This document shows, one piece after another, positions 31,711 to 46,185 of a stretch of 64,000 nucleotides of DNA. The first letter of the stretch is position 1, and the number at the start of each line of letters is the position of its first letter. Source of the DNA: Chiloscyllium plagiosum (Eukaryota); NCBI RefSeq assembly GCF_004010195.1, contig NC_057719.1:22126896-22190895 (forward strand), in the 5' to 3' direction. A program made the translations under genes and the position numbers. The notes below the pieces were generated by a model. It ran no database searches and had not been told where the DNA came from. It saw only the letters and a list, made by a program, of their open reading frames with translations.

Positions 31711-32698
31711 AAAAACTAACAAATTGTCTGCCTTTGAAATATTTGAAAAAAAAATACCTGCAACATTAGGGTAGCATGATTGATTTCATAGCCTGTCACT
31801 GTTGTCATTTGGTTGTTTGATTCTACGGTCCTAGATGCTTATGCGGTGTTTTGAAATAGATCTCAGAATATAAAATGCTGAGCCAATTAAGCATTTGAAG
31901 AATATTAGATGGTGAATAGACTTTTATCAATTAAAGTTTGTTTCTTTCCAAAATGGTGAACTTATCAACAGCTGGATAGATCACTAATTTCAGAATGGTT
32001 CTTGAGGTTTTTCCTATTGTGGGTACTGTGAAACTTATCATGAACAGTTTAAAGATACTAGTGAGGCTAATTAGTTAGCATTAGATGGTGTTTATCAAAG
32101 GCCCATGGGGCGAGGAGAGGAACATAGATTTATACAGATAGACTGTGAGGGGCTGGGTGGTCAGGATGAAGCTGGGAAGCTTTCTTTTCTGATTTTCACA
32201 GATGCAGTGTGCCGTGCATCTGTGAACCATGCACAGCCTTTCGCTCAGTCTACCTCTGCATTAGGTCAGTTTCATCCAAAATCTTCCTGGGGCCAGCAAC
32301 CATGATTCCAAAAAGGCCCATTCATTCCAGAAGGAAAACCAAACATCTGGGGCACTTTCTCCCGAGTGGCTTTGTTTTGGAACTGCGACTTCCCAGACTC
32401 CATATTCCCAGACGAACAATGTAAATTCAGGCTTCTGTTTCTCTCACCAGAGTTGCTGCCTGACCTGCTGAACATTTCCAGCATTTTCTGTTTCATTTTA
32501 AAGATCCAACATATGCAGGGACTGATCAATATGTCAGAATTTCAGTAACAACCCTGAAGAAATTTGAAGGCCCATTTTTGGTTTGCTAGCAGTAAAACAA
32601 TCTCAAATAGTAACACTTCATATGAACGACAAACAGTTATTTCAGCACACCTTGAAATAACGAGCATTTTATGGCTTTTTAAGACTTGCATTCCTGTA

Positions 32699-32826
32699 TC
32701 CTGAAGAAGGGCTCATGCCCGAAACATCGATTCTCCTGCTCCTTGGATACTGCCTGACCTGCTGCGCTTTTCCAGCAACACATTTTCAGCTCTGATCTCC
32801 AGCATCTGCAGTCCTCACTTTCTTCC
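32699..32826 (+). mobile_element. Short hammerhead-bearing PLE-derived module
   Basis: CCTGAAGAAGGGCTCATGCCCGAAACATC followed by the conserved tail; TTCCTGTAT occurs on both sides. Confidence 0.8.
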
Positions 32827-35486
32827 TGTATTTATAGTTCTTTTCCAAGAGAAAAACTCATATCACCAAAGTTGCAATGGCTACTCAGTGTTGTGAATTC
32901 AAACGTTCATGTAGGCGCTTAATTATAATAAGAAATGTTCCTAGCTGTAGGTGCTTTTGCACTATCATGTTTTTCAGATGAGAATTGAATTTATCAAAAA
33001 GGACAATGCTACTGAAATGTTAATAGAGTGTCCAACACAATCAGCCCAGATGCAAAACTGCCTGATGTGGAATAAAACTCCCTCCTTAACCGTAAGATCT
33101 GAAAATACCGAGTGCTCTAACTATTATTTATATGTCCCGTCTGCAGTAGCTATAAAAACAAAAAATAAGTAATGTTCCTAATTCATTGAATCAATAGACT
33201 CACCTTTTATAATGAGATTATGTTTTGTTTTATTGATTTAAATTGGCTATGAAAGGTCTATTTGTTTCCTTTTGAATATTTCTGCCATTTTAGTCTATCA
33301 ATTTACAAGTGTAAAGTGACTCCTCTGGTTACATTTAGCTTTCTCTTTTCTTGGCTCATAAACTTTCTTCCTGGTTTCCACTTCCTAGCTCTTTATAAAG
33401 AAGTCTACATCACTTCATCAACACACGCTTCAAAACTGTATATTAAAATAGAAAGAAAACATTGCAAGAGTACGCTGGGAGCAAATTAATCCAGCTGTGT
33501 CTCTTTTTAAATAAGCATACCCAACACGTTGTACTGAGTGATTTTTAAGAAGTTTATTTGTATCCTCTTGGAATCTTGTCATTTCTCCTTAATCCATTAC
33601 AGAGCCATCTCAGTCACGACTATCTAGAATGAACTCAACTGACAGAACAAAGAATCTGCTCTCCAGACTGGCCTAAGGGGTGATTACACATAGCATTCAT
33701 GACAGTCACGATCAAGTGTGGAGTGGGAATCAGCTCCCTCTTTTTAGGCTCCTCTCAGTCAGTCATAACAATTTTGTTTTAAAGCACACAGCTACAAAAT
33801 TCAGTGAAAACATAACACGAGTCAAAATTAAAGAGACAATTATGAGGTTCCCTTAATTGAAAGAAAATAATTTTATTATTTACTAACCGTATGGAAACAA
33901 TAATAAAATGTGATGTCAAACACACACATTAACACAGGTGTAAGGTTTAAAAAAGGGAGTCCAAATGTTCTTAGATTCCTTAAGGTGTTAGATTATGATT
34001 TCATAACTGACTTATACCCTCAGCAGTAATGAATTCTATAGATATTGAGTTGTCAATTAATGGTTGTTTTCCCAATTTGCTTTTTAACTGTGTCCTGTCT
34101 TCTGAGATGATAAGGATAAACCAAGGACAGAAACGTCCAGCTCATGTTGTTACAAGTTCATTTGTTTCTTTGTCACTTCTCCTTTGCTCAAAAGCAGCTA
34201 CTGAAATATGGTTCATTTATATATTCCCAAGTCTGGCTCCATTGTCTTTCAAAGGTGAGAAGTGGCAGGAAACCTTTCACGGCCAATATGTACAACCTAT
34301 CAAACAAATGTGAATTAAAGCAGAGGGGCAAATTTCTTGATGCTGACTCAATTGCCCAAATATTTCCAATATAAAGGTAATTTCAGTGTAGATGATTTCA
34401 CTTATTCTACATTTATTTCCTCAGTTTTCCTCAATATGTGGTCAAGTGATCACAGCAGCCATTTTAAGTCATTATTTGTCCTTTCTTTAAAACCATTTTA
34501 GTCCATGCAAAGATTCAGGGATTAAGATCAGATGATGGAAGTTTAATATTAATCATCATTTTTGTTTCTACTATCACATCACAATCCATTTCTTATCCTT
34601 GAAGACTTTGACTTGCCATGTAGCAATAGTGTACTCTCAAATTTCTCTCGCATCTGTATATATTACTTCATATTTTTCAATTTTCCATGCCGTCTGACTT
34701 TCCTGCCTGGTTAATTTGCTTCTGTAATTCTGCAGCACCTATCTTACTCAATGAATGTGTTCTAATGTAATTGATATCATTTTAGACACTGTCCTTCAAT
34801 ACCTCCTTAAGGCTAATAATAAATATCTATCAATTGAGTGTCCTTGACACCGTGTGATGCAGACCAATGTTATGGTTGGAAAATCAGTGTGTAGTTTTCC
34901 AACCTCTGATTTAAATGGACATGCCTGCAATTTCCTAACCAGCACTTGTGCAATCGCTGAGGTTGTCCAATAGCCGAATCACCTCCATTATGTTTAATTG
35001 GGGTGTCAGCTCTGTTCTATTTCCTAAGATTTCATCAGTTTGATTGGAGCTGATGTAGTTGCTTATTGAACCAATTTGCTATTGACTTTCTAATTTTCAC
35101 ATCCATTTCAAGTGTTTATCCGTCAGCCATAATTTCTAACTTTTCCTTTGAAATGGAAAGGAGTCTTTTTAAGGAGCTTTATCAAACATTTTTTTGAAAG
35201 TGCAGATTTACCAGACTTGGCTGTCAGTTGGCACTATGAACTTGTCATATCAATTGCATTAACCTCTGCCAATATTTTGGTTGCATACTAAAAGAATTTC
35301 CACCCATTTATTTGATATAGTGATCATTTTGGATTTCACTTTGTTAGTCCTGACTATAAAGATTAACTCATTACTTTCACCACAGAAACAAATGTTAATC
35401 ATTATCTAATTTTCAAATGATGTAGCATTTGTACTATTCTGTGTTCAAAATGTTTCACAAATTATTGACCAGAGTATCTCTAAAGT

Positions 35487-35580
35487 CTGAAAATGTGTTG
35501 CTGGAAAAGCGCAGCAGGTCAGGCAGCATCAAAGGAACAGGAGAATCGACGTTTCGGGCATAAGCCCTTCTTCAGGAATC
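35487..35580 (-). mobile_element. Short hammerhead-bearing PLE-derived module with a 10-bp flanking direct repeat
   Basis: Minus strand CCTGAAGAAGGGCTTATGCCCGAAACGTC; CTCTAAAGTC at 35478-35487 and 35581-35590. Confidence 0.8.
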
Positions 35581-36399
35581 CTCTAAAGTCCTCTTAGCTC
35601 TAAAGTCTGTCTAAATTTGTTTCAGTCCTTTTGAACGTACTTAATCTAGATCAGGTACTTCATAGTTCCCTATGTATCTGAAGGTGTGATGTAATATATA
35701 GTGACTTTCAGAAAACCTTCCATATTTATATGTGCAAGGTACAGATGTGATGCCATTTTATGAGCTGGAGTATTTCTGGCGACATAACTTAATCATATTT
35801 TTGTTTAAAGTTTAGTTAAAGATAAATATCTTTAATCAGATGGCAGAATGTTATAGTTCAGCAAGTACATCATCTGCGAAAGGCTGAATTTATAATAGGA
35901 GTTATAAAGGGGATGTTGAAATAGAATAATCAGTTAACTTCCCAGAATTGGTATCTTCTTCCAATAACCCCAGACGCCTTCTTCTATCCACACATCCACC
36001 CACATCCAAATCCACAGTATAATTTTGCTGAATCTTAAATAGCAAATTGCCTACTGTTTGCTGGGATGGACGCATGGCTTTTTATAGAAGCTTTTACCTA
36101 GGCCAATACCATGTTAAGTCTAAATGTGTGATGCTGTGAACTACTTTAGCTTGGAACTTGAAGGGGTTAAAAATGCACAAAATGCTGTCTGAAGTAATTA
36201 CAGGTTAATTGCAGCAGGCCATCTTCTGTCTTTGAAACAATGAATACAAGAAATAGTTTGTCAATGCTTAGTACCTGGTAAGAACCTGAGAAGGAAGATT
36301 TTAATATAATACTTAAATGATAGAAGATCCATAAACATGAAGATGCTAGAAATTGACCATTCCAGCACCATCCGAATGCTCCATGAAATGAGCATAAAC

Positions 36400-36775
36400 A
36401 TTAATACAGGCCAGTTATGAAGAGGCTAATTGGCTGAATCGATTGGAGAGGCTGGTTGTTTTCATTTCAGCAGCAAAGTTTTGTGAAGAAATGCGACAGC
36501 GAATTGTATACGAGGATGGATAGGAAGACATTGTTTCCATTTGTAGAGGGTCAATAACCAGGAGAGAGATTTAAGGTGAACCTTTATTTTGACTTTATGC
36601 CCTCCGGTCCTCGACTCTCCCACAACAGGAAGAAAACATTTCCACATCTACCCTGAGAATCTTTTATGTTCAATAAAGTTATCTCTCATTCTTCTACATT
36701 CTAACAAGTATAAGGCCAATCTACTCAACCTCTTCACATCAAACAATCACTCCATATTTGGAATCATCTCATTAG
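36400..36775. mobile_element. Two old CR1 3' fragments in opposite orientation
   Basis: 36400-36585 (+) ERLVVF...RRNATANC-like; 36585-36775 (-) FLPVVGESRTGGHKVK. Confidence 0.5.
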
Positions 36776-37959
36776 GCCCAGGTTTTAATTACTTTAGTCT
36801 GGGGGAAAAAAATCCTTTGATGATGTGCCTTAACTGGGGACAGAGCTGTAGCAAAAGTTGAGTTCAACTTGTTTAATGAATAACATTACACCAACAAAAC
36901 AAATTTAAATGTATGTTTACATAAATAATCATTGAATTATTCAGTTAAGGAGTTTTTTTTGTTGGTAGAGGGAATTCTCCACTTTTGGAGCATTTGAGCC
37001 AAAGAAATAAGTTGCTCGCAAATGTAATGTTTCCTCCTATCTTTTGGTTGGCTTCTGTGTGAAGTTTCTTCATGTCTTAAAACAGATCTTTGTTTAGCCT
37101 GAGTGATATGATCTGATGCCATATTCATTGAACAGATATGATATGGTCGGTATCCCATTTGATTTCTAGTGAATTAACTTGATAACAGTATTTTTCATGC
37201 AGAGTTTGAAAGGATGGTATCAGACAAACTTTGAAAAATTTGCCACAACAAGAGGCAGCAACAAACACAAGGATGTTTCTGAACTCACATTTGTTGCTCT
37301 TTGAATTACAGTTCACTGCAAAACTCTTTCAAAGGTAAATAACTACACTGAAGAATCTTAATCATCGGCACATTTTCATCCTTAAGAGCCTAGTTGTTCT
37401 TAAATTATTTGAATGAAACAATCAGAGAAACATTTATTTCATTGGATGTTTAATGAAGTTTACCTTCCTTTTTTACTTAAGTTGTATTTGTTTTCCTTTT
37501 AGGTGGTTTCCTACCTTCTTATATGATAAATCATTCTCTTGTCTTAGATATCATTTTTGTTTCATGTAAGAATACATTCAGTCTTTAAAACAAGGAACTC
37601 TGTCATTATTCTCTAATATTCTGAATCTGTTGTAATAGACCTACATTATTCACAAAGTCAGTTTGTGAAATATAAAGTGCATAGTTTGGCTGATAATTGA
37701 GGATGTCTGCTTTTTTTATCTGAATGGAAAATTGTTATATATGTCACAAAGATATTATGGATAACTTTTATTTTGTTATATTTCTGGGAAGTGCCTCCTG
37801 CTGCTTTCTTTTCCATGGAAGACAACAAACATGGTAATTGTGTTGGTTTTACCAGCTTTTCTGTGATCCAAAAGTTGTTGCAACTCTACTTTTAGCTACA
37901 TGCAGGGCAGAATATTTTGATGCAAAGTAATGAGTATTATCAGATTGACTAGGCTTACA

Positions 37960-38111
37960 GATGTGAATTGGCCATGCTAAATTGTCCATAATGTTAGGTG
38001 CATTAGTCAAAGGGATATGGGTCTGGGTGGGTTACTCTTCTGGGGGTCGGTGTGGACTTGTTGGGCTGACAGGCCTGTTTCCACACTATAGGGAATCTAA
38101 TCTAATCTAAT
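37960..38111 (+). mobile_element. HE1-like SINE, 3' half
   Basis: GTGAATTGGCCATGCTAAATTG...GGGAATCTAATCTAATCTAA. Confidence 0.8.
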
Positions 38112-38840
38112 CATGAGAGGAGAATACCCTGTAGATTTCAAAGAGGTTATAGCATTTTTGTTTAACACCAATACTTCCATTATTAATTTGAACATGACAA
38201 ATCAGTATCCCATATTTGTAAACAGGGTTCAGGTAAAGGTACTAGTCACCATAGACTCAGTTTCTCATATGTTCACATAGGTTATTTACAGTGAAAGTAG
38301 AAACTGTACTACAATCAATGTTTTAAATTGGGTGACCGACAATGAAAAACAATTGAATGTAAACGTCTTCATCTCAATACTTTAAATCAAAGTTTGTTAG
38401 TCTAATTATTTCACACAGAACATCCTTTAAATTCCTTAATGTTTGAATTATCTTTATTAGCCTCCTATTTATCTCGTATGAACTTTAAAATAAGCATAGG
38501 AGCATTTGTTATTTAACCAGTGGAATACACTGTCAAATGTCTGCTCTTTGTCTACCAAAAATGGGCAAGTATTTCAGACACAATAATTGAACTTAGTTGA
38601 TATTGAATGGGTCTCATCTGGAGAGATTTGCCTGACCTTTCCAGTCAAACTGACATAGCTGAATAGTTTCATTCACCTATTGTAGGTTCTTTCTGTTCGT
38701 GAATATTTAGCTTAATTTTTGCAGCTGTTCTTCTCTGCTTTTCTGAAGTAATTACTTTGACTTCAGAAGCACGTTACACAGTGTCATTGCACAGGGGAAG
38801 GACATTGGATCCAATGTCAAAGTGTGCGCACTATTTTAAA

Positions 38841-40402
38841 GTTAAAAATCACACAACACCAGGTTATAGTCCAACAGGTTTAATTGGAAGCACACTAGCT
38901 TTCGGAGTGTCGCTCCTTCATCAGGTGGTAGTGGAGGGCTCAATCCTAACACACAGAATTTATAGCAAACATTTACAGTGTGATGTAACTGAAATTATAC
39001 ATTGAAAAATTGATTGTCTGCTAAGCCTTTCATCTGTTAGAATACAGATATAGTTTCACTTCTTTCATGTGTAAATCACAAAACCTTCATAGGGAGGGCC
39101 TCAACCTGGACCTTGGGCTCATGTCACATTACAGGTGACCACCAATGCACTATACACACACACAGATACTCCTACACATACACAATCTCTCTCACACACA
39201 CACAGGCACTCCTGGACACACATACACACAGACGTGCACACAGACACCCACACACACCCTTACAGACACACACACTCCCACACTCACACATGCACCCAAC
39301 TGTGTTATCTCACTTTTTAGATTAGAATCAATCTAAATCAGGTCATAGACAGAGAACACAGGGGGCTAACACCTTCAACATATTGTCTAGCTATCACCAT
39401 TGTTAACAGCTAACCCGAGAATGCAACTTTAAAAAAAAAGGGTTTTGTGATTTACACATGAAAGAAGTGAAACTGTCATGGTATTCTAACAGATGAAAGG
39501 CCTAGCAGACAATCAATTTTTCAATGTATAATTTCAGTTACATCACACTGTAAATTTTTGCTATAAATTCTGTGTGTTAGGATTGAGCCCTCCACTATCA
39601 CCTGGTGAAGGAGCGTCGCTCCGAAAGCTAGTGTGCTTCCAATTAAACTTGTTCGACTAAAACCCGGTGTTGTGTGATTTTTAACTTTTTTAAAAAAGTT
39701 GCATTCTCAGGTTAGCTGGTAACAATAGTGATAGCTAGACAATATGTTGAAGGTGTTAGCCCCCTGTGTTCTCTGTCTATGCCATGATGTTTAGATTGAT
39801 ACTAATCTAAAAAGTGAGATAACGGAGTTTTACATGAATTCATGCAGTTCTTGAGTAAAGTGCAATGTAATCCTGCAACTGAGCTCTGAGCTCAAAAACT
39901 GCATGAATTCATGCAAAGCTCCGTTATCTCACTTTTTAGATTAGAATCAATCTAAACATCATGGCATAGACAGAGAACACAGGGGGCTAACACCTTCAAC
40001 ATATTGTCTAGCTAACACCATTTTTAACAGCTAACCTGAGAATGAAACTTTTTAAAAAAAGGTTTTGTGATTTACACATGAAAGAAGTGAAACTGTCATG
40101 GTATTCTAACAGATGAAAGGCCTAGCAGACAATCAATTTTTCAATGTATAATTTCAGTTACATCACACTGTAAATGTTTGCTATAAATTCTGTGTGTTAG
40201 GATTGAGCCCTCCACTACCACCTGATGAAGGAGCAATCATTGTTACCAGCTAACCTGAGAATGCAACTTTTTAAAAAAAGTTAAAAATCACACAACACCA
40301 AGTTTTAGTGTGCTTCCAATTAAACCTGTTGGACTATAACCTGGTGTTGTGAGATTTTTAACTTTGTACACCCCAGTCCAACACCGGCATCTCCAAATCA
40401 TC
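38841..40402. mobile_element. Complex PLE pLTR array with several direct and inverted segments
   Basis: 38841-39088 is inverted relative to about 39440-39686; 39687-39880 is inverted relative to 39885-40060; hammerhead cores at about 38899-38925 (-), 39601 and 40221. Confidence 0.85.
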
Positions 40403-40894
40403 ACCATTTTAAAAGCCTTCTCACTATGTATGCTCCAAGTAATCTGTTAGAATTGGTAGAAAAATAAATGCATTTCTGGTGAGTAAGGAGACTATGGCGC
40501 AAATTTCATGTTCTGTTTATGCTGCAAAATATTAGAACAAGTAAATGAAATCTTTCCCCTTTTTAAATGCAGACACAGCAGCAAACAATTTAATCTCTAA
40601 CCTCACCAAATCCACTTTGTAACCATCCGATATAAAATGTGACCACTCCCATCTAATTGTGCAAGTTGAGCAAATTCAAGCTTAGTTGATATTTTGGATG
40701 GGATACAGCCTGGAATACTAGATTCAGCAAACTTTCGAGGATCTTGTGTCACAGAGATATCGACTCTATCCTTAGGCCAGAAGGTCTGGGTTCAAGATCC
40801 ACTTGCCCTGGAGATGTGCCATAAAACATTTGAACACATTGACCCTTGGGAAGAGCAGAAGAAACAAATCATCTGGTCATTATCACATAGATAT

Positions 40895-41145
40895 TTGTGA
40901 AACCTTGCTACCTCCAGGTTCCCCTCCAAGCCACTCACCATCCTGACTTGGGAATACATTGTTGTTCCTGTCACTGGGTCAAAACCCTGGAATTCCTTCC
41001 CTCAGGGCATTGTGGGTCAGCATACAGCATGTCGATGGCAGTGGTTCAAGAAGGAGCTCTCTCCCACCTTTTCAAGGCCAACAACAGACGGGCAATAAAT
41101 ACTGGCCAACCAGCAACACCCAGTCATACGGGTGAATAATAAAAT
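40895..41145 (+). mobile_element. LINE 3'-end fragment of a dispersed family (also at about 8715-8868, 46325-46560, 55130-55625)
   Basis: Shared GTTCCCCTCCAAGCCACTCACCATCCTGACTTGG...GGTTCAAGAAG...GGGCAATAAAT sequence. Confidence 0.6.
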
Positions 41146-41179
41146 AAATTGGCTGCTATATTTCATACATTATTATCCA

Positions 41180-41378
41180 ACTAGAAGTCACCATCACCCT
41201 ACTGTACCATAGAGCAGATGTCTCATTAGGTATTGGTTTAACCTGAAGGTCACCACATCTCAGGCAAAGGGAGATGTTGACAAGAAGAGTCCTTCGTAGT
41301 AACCTCAGCTGGTTCAGGAATTGAAACCACTCTATTGGCATCACAAGCCAGTCATCCTACCAACTGAGCTAACTGACC
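41180..41378 (-). mobile_element. tRNA-derived SINE (second family; related copy at about 57403-57560, plus strand)
   Basis: Minus strand GGTCAGTTAGCTCAGTTGG (A-box) ... GGTTTCAATTCC (B-box) ... GCTGAGGTTAC. Confidence 0.6.
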
Positions 41379-43559
41379 TTGAAAGTACTTAATGCGTTGG
41401 AAAGTGTTTTGGGATTTCAGAAAATATCAATATAGATTCATTCATTGATTAGGTTGCCATTGAGTCTCTTTTCAAACTATACCTTTCTAGTAGCTCTCTG
41501 AGGATGAGATGAGTAAGTTTCTTTTGTTCAAAATAGACTTGCCTTTGGTGCATGATTCTGACATGCCCCAGTTAATGAGAAACTTGATTGAAAATAAGAG
41601 CAAGGAAGGCTGTGTTATTTTTGAGTGGACTATACAAAACTGTGAAGTGAACCTCAAAGTGGTCATTACAGCAAAGTGGGCTTTTCCATTTATCTACATA
41701 ATTCAAGATGTGGCCATTACAATTATTGAGATTGGCAAGACATCTGAAGAATTTTCAACAAAGGAAAACTTACTGTGACTATTGTAGCCGTCTGGCTTGG
41801 TTGTAACTGTAGACAAGGAATGTGGAATGACACCATGGGATTTTAGTATCAGACTCAGAAGCTGAGCAAACTTGTAGTGCTTGCTGTGGACTGTTAGACT
41901 TCAAGGCATGAGCAAAAGGAATCTTTCCAGTTGTTTTCCATGAAATGTGTGATGCAAAATTACATTTCATCCCAGTGCATTGATGGGTTGCTCTCTTACA
42001 ACACCACAAAAGTCAAAAGTCTAATTATCGATGTTTTCTAATCAACCTGTTCAGAGATACTATTGTGCACCCATGGAGCAGGTGGAACCTGAACCAGAAA
42101 GAATTTCTTCACTCAGAGAGCTCTGAGCCTTTGGAGCTCCTTGCTGTGGGGCAGATTTCTTGTATATATTTAAGGCTGATATAGACAGATTCTTGATCAG
42201 TATGTCAAGGTATGCAAGGCTATGGGCCAAGTGTTGGAAAGTGGGGTTAGAATAGTTGGCTGGTTGTTTGTAAACTAGTGCAGATGTGATGGGCCTTTTT
42301 CTATGACTTTAGATCTCAATGATTTTATGGTATTGAATGACAGAACAAGCTTGAGAGGCTGAATGGCCAACTCCTGTTCCTATTTCTTAAAGTCTTATTA
42401 ACCAGACCCTCCTGATGCAGAGATAGAGTCACTACCACAGCACCACAACAGTCTTTTCAAATGTTAGTAACGGTTGGTTTCAATCTTATGACTCCATAGA
42501 CACCATGACTTAAATCCAGTTCCTTAGACCACACAGCCAAATGAAAAAGCACATTGAGTTTAATTTTATAGTTTCTTGAAAGGGAAGTGATACATTCACT
42601 GACAAATCAAGAGCCCTTTGGCTAATCATGTTCTAACGCTGTGAAAGAACTGCATGTTAATCCCTTAGCCTTTGGTGCTCATTCGAGGAGAAAAGGGCAG
42701 AAACAAATCTCAGCTTGGGAAAAAAAGGTCAACAGTTTAAGTAATATCACATACTTTAGATTGTCTTGTCTCACAGCTATTCCAATTCAGTACTTAAACT
42801 TGACATCCTCAGTTCCAGGTGTCATTCTTGGTAATTTGATGCAAATTACGGCTAACTCCAGTGAATGAAAAAGTATGCCAGTAACTGAACTGCGCACAGG
42901 GTCATTCTTTACGTAACTTAAATGCTCATTGAATCAAAAAGAGAAATGAAAACAAAGGGAATAAGTCAAACTTTAAGTATAAGGAGTGCGCACTCTATGA
43001 AGATTTATTAACTGCAGACGATTGGAATTTAGCAGTACAGAAAGAAACAGTTTATACATGAGTGTAATTATTGCATAACAGTCCAGTGCTTCATGAGATG
43101 ACCTGAAGCAACTCTAAGCCATGTTGCATTAGCAGAATAATTACGCTGTCTTTATGTTATCGGAAAGCTCGTCACTCTCACTGCTCATTATTGACTTAAT
43201 TGTGTCAAGATGGTGCTTCAAACCTTTCGAAGAATTAATGGTGTCTGGCTAATCAAAGATGAGAGAAACAGCATAAAGGTTTTCAAAGCTCAGTCATAAC
43301 TATGCAGTTGGAAAAAGTGCTGTATCTAAAATGATGAATCAGGTAGTACATAAAGGTAGTAAAAAAGCATTTATGGAAGGAAAGTTTTATGTATAGTGTA
43401 ATGTCTCAATAAGAAACCTCTATTTTATCACTGTAGTTAGATTTTAAAAAATTTCAATTGTTTACTTCTGATCTTCGAAAGCACAACCGCAAAATCTAGT
43501 ATTACTTGATGCAAAACAACAATTTCCATCTCCTTGCTAAAGGATTGACATTTATAAAC

Positions 43560-43865
43560 CACTTTTGCCTTTATCAGGAAATCACAAATGATTTACAGCC
43601 AGTTAAGCAATTTTCAAATGGAGTTACTGTTGTAATCTTGGAAATGTGCAGCCAATTTGTGGACAGCGATGTGGTAATGACCAGATAATCTGATTTTCCA
43701 GAATTTGGGCGAGGGATAAATATTGGCCAGTAGGCAAAGGAGAATTGCTTTGAAATCATACCATTGGATCTTTCACTTCATCTGGGTTGTAAATAAATGT
43801 CACATCCAGAAAATAGCCCCCTCCAACAGAACAGAACAACCACAGCACTGCACTACTGTCAATCT
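43560..43865 (-). mobile_element. Ancient Deu-domain-like SINE remnant (related copy at about 60595-61100)
   Basis: ACTGTTGTAAT...GCAGCCAATTT...ATGACCAGATAATCTG...GAGGGATAAATATTGGCCAG, recognised from memory of DeuSINE-like consensus; heavily decayed. Confidence 0.45.
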
Positions 43866-44249
43866 GGAACATTTCAACCTGATCGCACAATAGTTTTAAT
43901 GTAAAAATTTCTAGTGTATTTCAAAGAACAGTAAAGAAATAGATGCTTGGTGAAAGCTGATTTTCTTTGTACGTGTCTCTGTAATTTTGGAAAGATTAGA
44001 ATGTGTAACTGAAGCTCTGCTTTCTTCAGAAATTCTGACTGAACTTTTATCTGCCTAGTTTCAAGTGAAATTCGCAGGTGATAGCTCATTGTACCAGTAT
44101 AGGAGTTTCATTTGTGCTTCAAATGCCTTCAATATCAGGGGAAAAAAAGTCATTCATATATAATAATGTGTTTAAGATAACATTTTCAACTGCCTAGAAC
44201 AGCAGCAGCTCAATTATTGATACCCAATTGCCAGGTTGGCTAAAATTGA

Positions 44250-44660
44250 GATTTTTAAACAACATTGGTGGAGTTTAGAATGAGGGGGATTTCATTGAAA
44301 CTTATAGAATACTGAGAGGCTGGATAGATTGGACATGGAAAAGAGATTTCCACTGGCAAGAGAGATTAGGACCTGAGGATGAATGAAGGGATGATCCTTT
44401 AGAACGGAGATGAGGAGGAATTTCTTCACCTAGAGAGTGGTGGATCCGTGGAACCCATTGCTGCAGAAGGCAGTGGAGACCAAGTCATTGAGTGCATTTG
44501 AGACAGAGATAGATAGGTACTTGATTAGTAAGGGCATCAAAAGTTACAGGAAGAATGCCAGAGAACGTGATTAAAAAATATGTCAGCCATAACTGAGTCT
44601 GCTTTGCCATTCAATGGGCCAAATGGCCTAATTCCACTCCTATATCTTATGGTCTTTATC
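44250..44660 (+). mobile_element. CR1 3' fragment
   Basis: RGDFIETYRIL...MRRNFFT*RVVDPWNPL...FETEIDRYL and a CR1-type 3' hairpin tail. Confidence 0.8.
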
Positions 44661-45203
44661 CAATGTTAAACTAAGGGTCAAAATCTCTTTCCAGCATTGA
44701 CAACCACTGAGACAAATTGGCTGCCTAAATGCTCTAGACATCAACAGCAAACACACTTTAAAAACAGTGCACTAGTAGTGAAGCTCTTTGGAATATCCAG
44801 AAGACATTAAATGATTAATATGAATTCTACTCAAATTATTTCACAGCTATAGGGTGAAAGCATTTTTCATCCTGGTATTTTTAATCACGTCTTTTATATT
44901 TCTTGACAATTTATTTGAAGTGACTTCGGCTGAAATTGAGAAAGTTAGAGTGAAAATTACACAACATTGCATGCAGATATTTCTTGACTATGAGCAGTTA
45001 AAGGAATGGTACAGAGAGGAATCTCCCAGGAGCAAGTTTGGCGAATTTGAAGATGTTGCTGTAGAAAATAGTGAGGTAGTCAATTGTAAAATAATATAGT
45101 TAACTCCAGTTACCCAAAAATTCCTTTATAGAAATTTACTCCATAAATAGCACAGTGATTGTGCTGAACGTGACATATGGTCATAGTTACTACTTATAAT
45201 GTC

Positions 45204-45411
45204 CTGATTTGGAAATGTCAGTGTTGGACTGGGGTGACAAAGTTGAAAATCACACAACATCAGGTTATAGTCCAACAGGTTTATTTGGAAGCACTAGCTT
45301 TCAGAGCACTGCTCTCCTTCATCAGATGGTTGATAAAGAAGCAGCACTTCGAAAGCTAGTGCTTCCAAATAAACCTATTGGACTATAATCTGGTGTTGTG
45401 TGATTTTTAAA
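45204..45411. mobile_element. Palindromic PLE-derived mini-element
   Basis: 45243-45322 is inverted relative to about 45330-45410; imperfect flanking repeat TTATAATGT / TTATGATGT. Confidence 0.8.
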
Positions 45412-45850
45412 TTTATGATGTTTGTAGCATAACTTCACAAATTAGTTGTCTCGGAAAATTATTGCTGTTTTATTTTCTCTTTCCAAGTTGGTCTTTTTTC
45501 CACTTCTCACCCTCAATTGTATTGCAACTTCCCTCCACCTCTACTAAACTCAGCAATAAGAACTTGCCTGCACTCATTATCCAGCTTGCGCAGTTATCCC
45601 ATTCGTATCTCATTCCTAAAACTTTGTGAGGTGCTGCAGCTTTTCAGCTCCTGCTGTAGCATTGGAAGGTGTCATCATTCTTTGGCAATTAAACTTGAGG
45701 CTGTTTGTTCCTCAGGTATAAAGTGGACATCTTTATTATGAATTCTGATTGTGGTATTCTTTAAATGTCATGTCAAATGTACATCCATGATACTATAAAT
45801 GTAGTAAATCTAGCATTATAAATTGTCAGCGACTAATGTATTTGTTTGAT

Positions 45851-46185
45851 TCATAGAATCCCTACAATGAGGAAACAGACCATTTGACCCAACTAGGTCA
45901 CACCAGCCTTCTGAAGAGTAACCCACCCAGACCCATTCCCATACACTATTAGTTTACATTGCCCCTGACTAATGCAACTAACCTATACATCCCTGAACAC
46001 TATGGGCAATTTAGCACGGCCAATTCACCTAACCCATACATCTTTGGGCTTTGGAGGCAACCGGAGCACCTGGAGGAAACTCACACAGACACGGGGAGAA
46101 TATGCAAACTCCACACAGATAGTTGCCTGAGGTTGGAATCAAACCCGGGTCCTTGGCGCTGTAACCACTGAGTTACCGGGCTGCT
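45851..46185 (-). mobile_element. HE1-like V-SINE
   Basis: Collinear with 989-1278. Confidence 0.85.
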
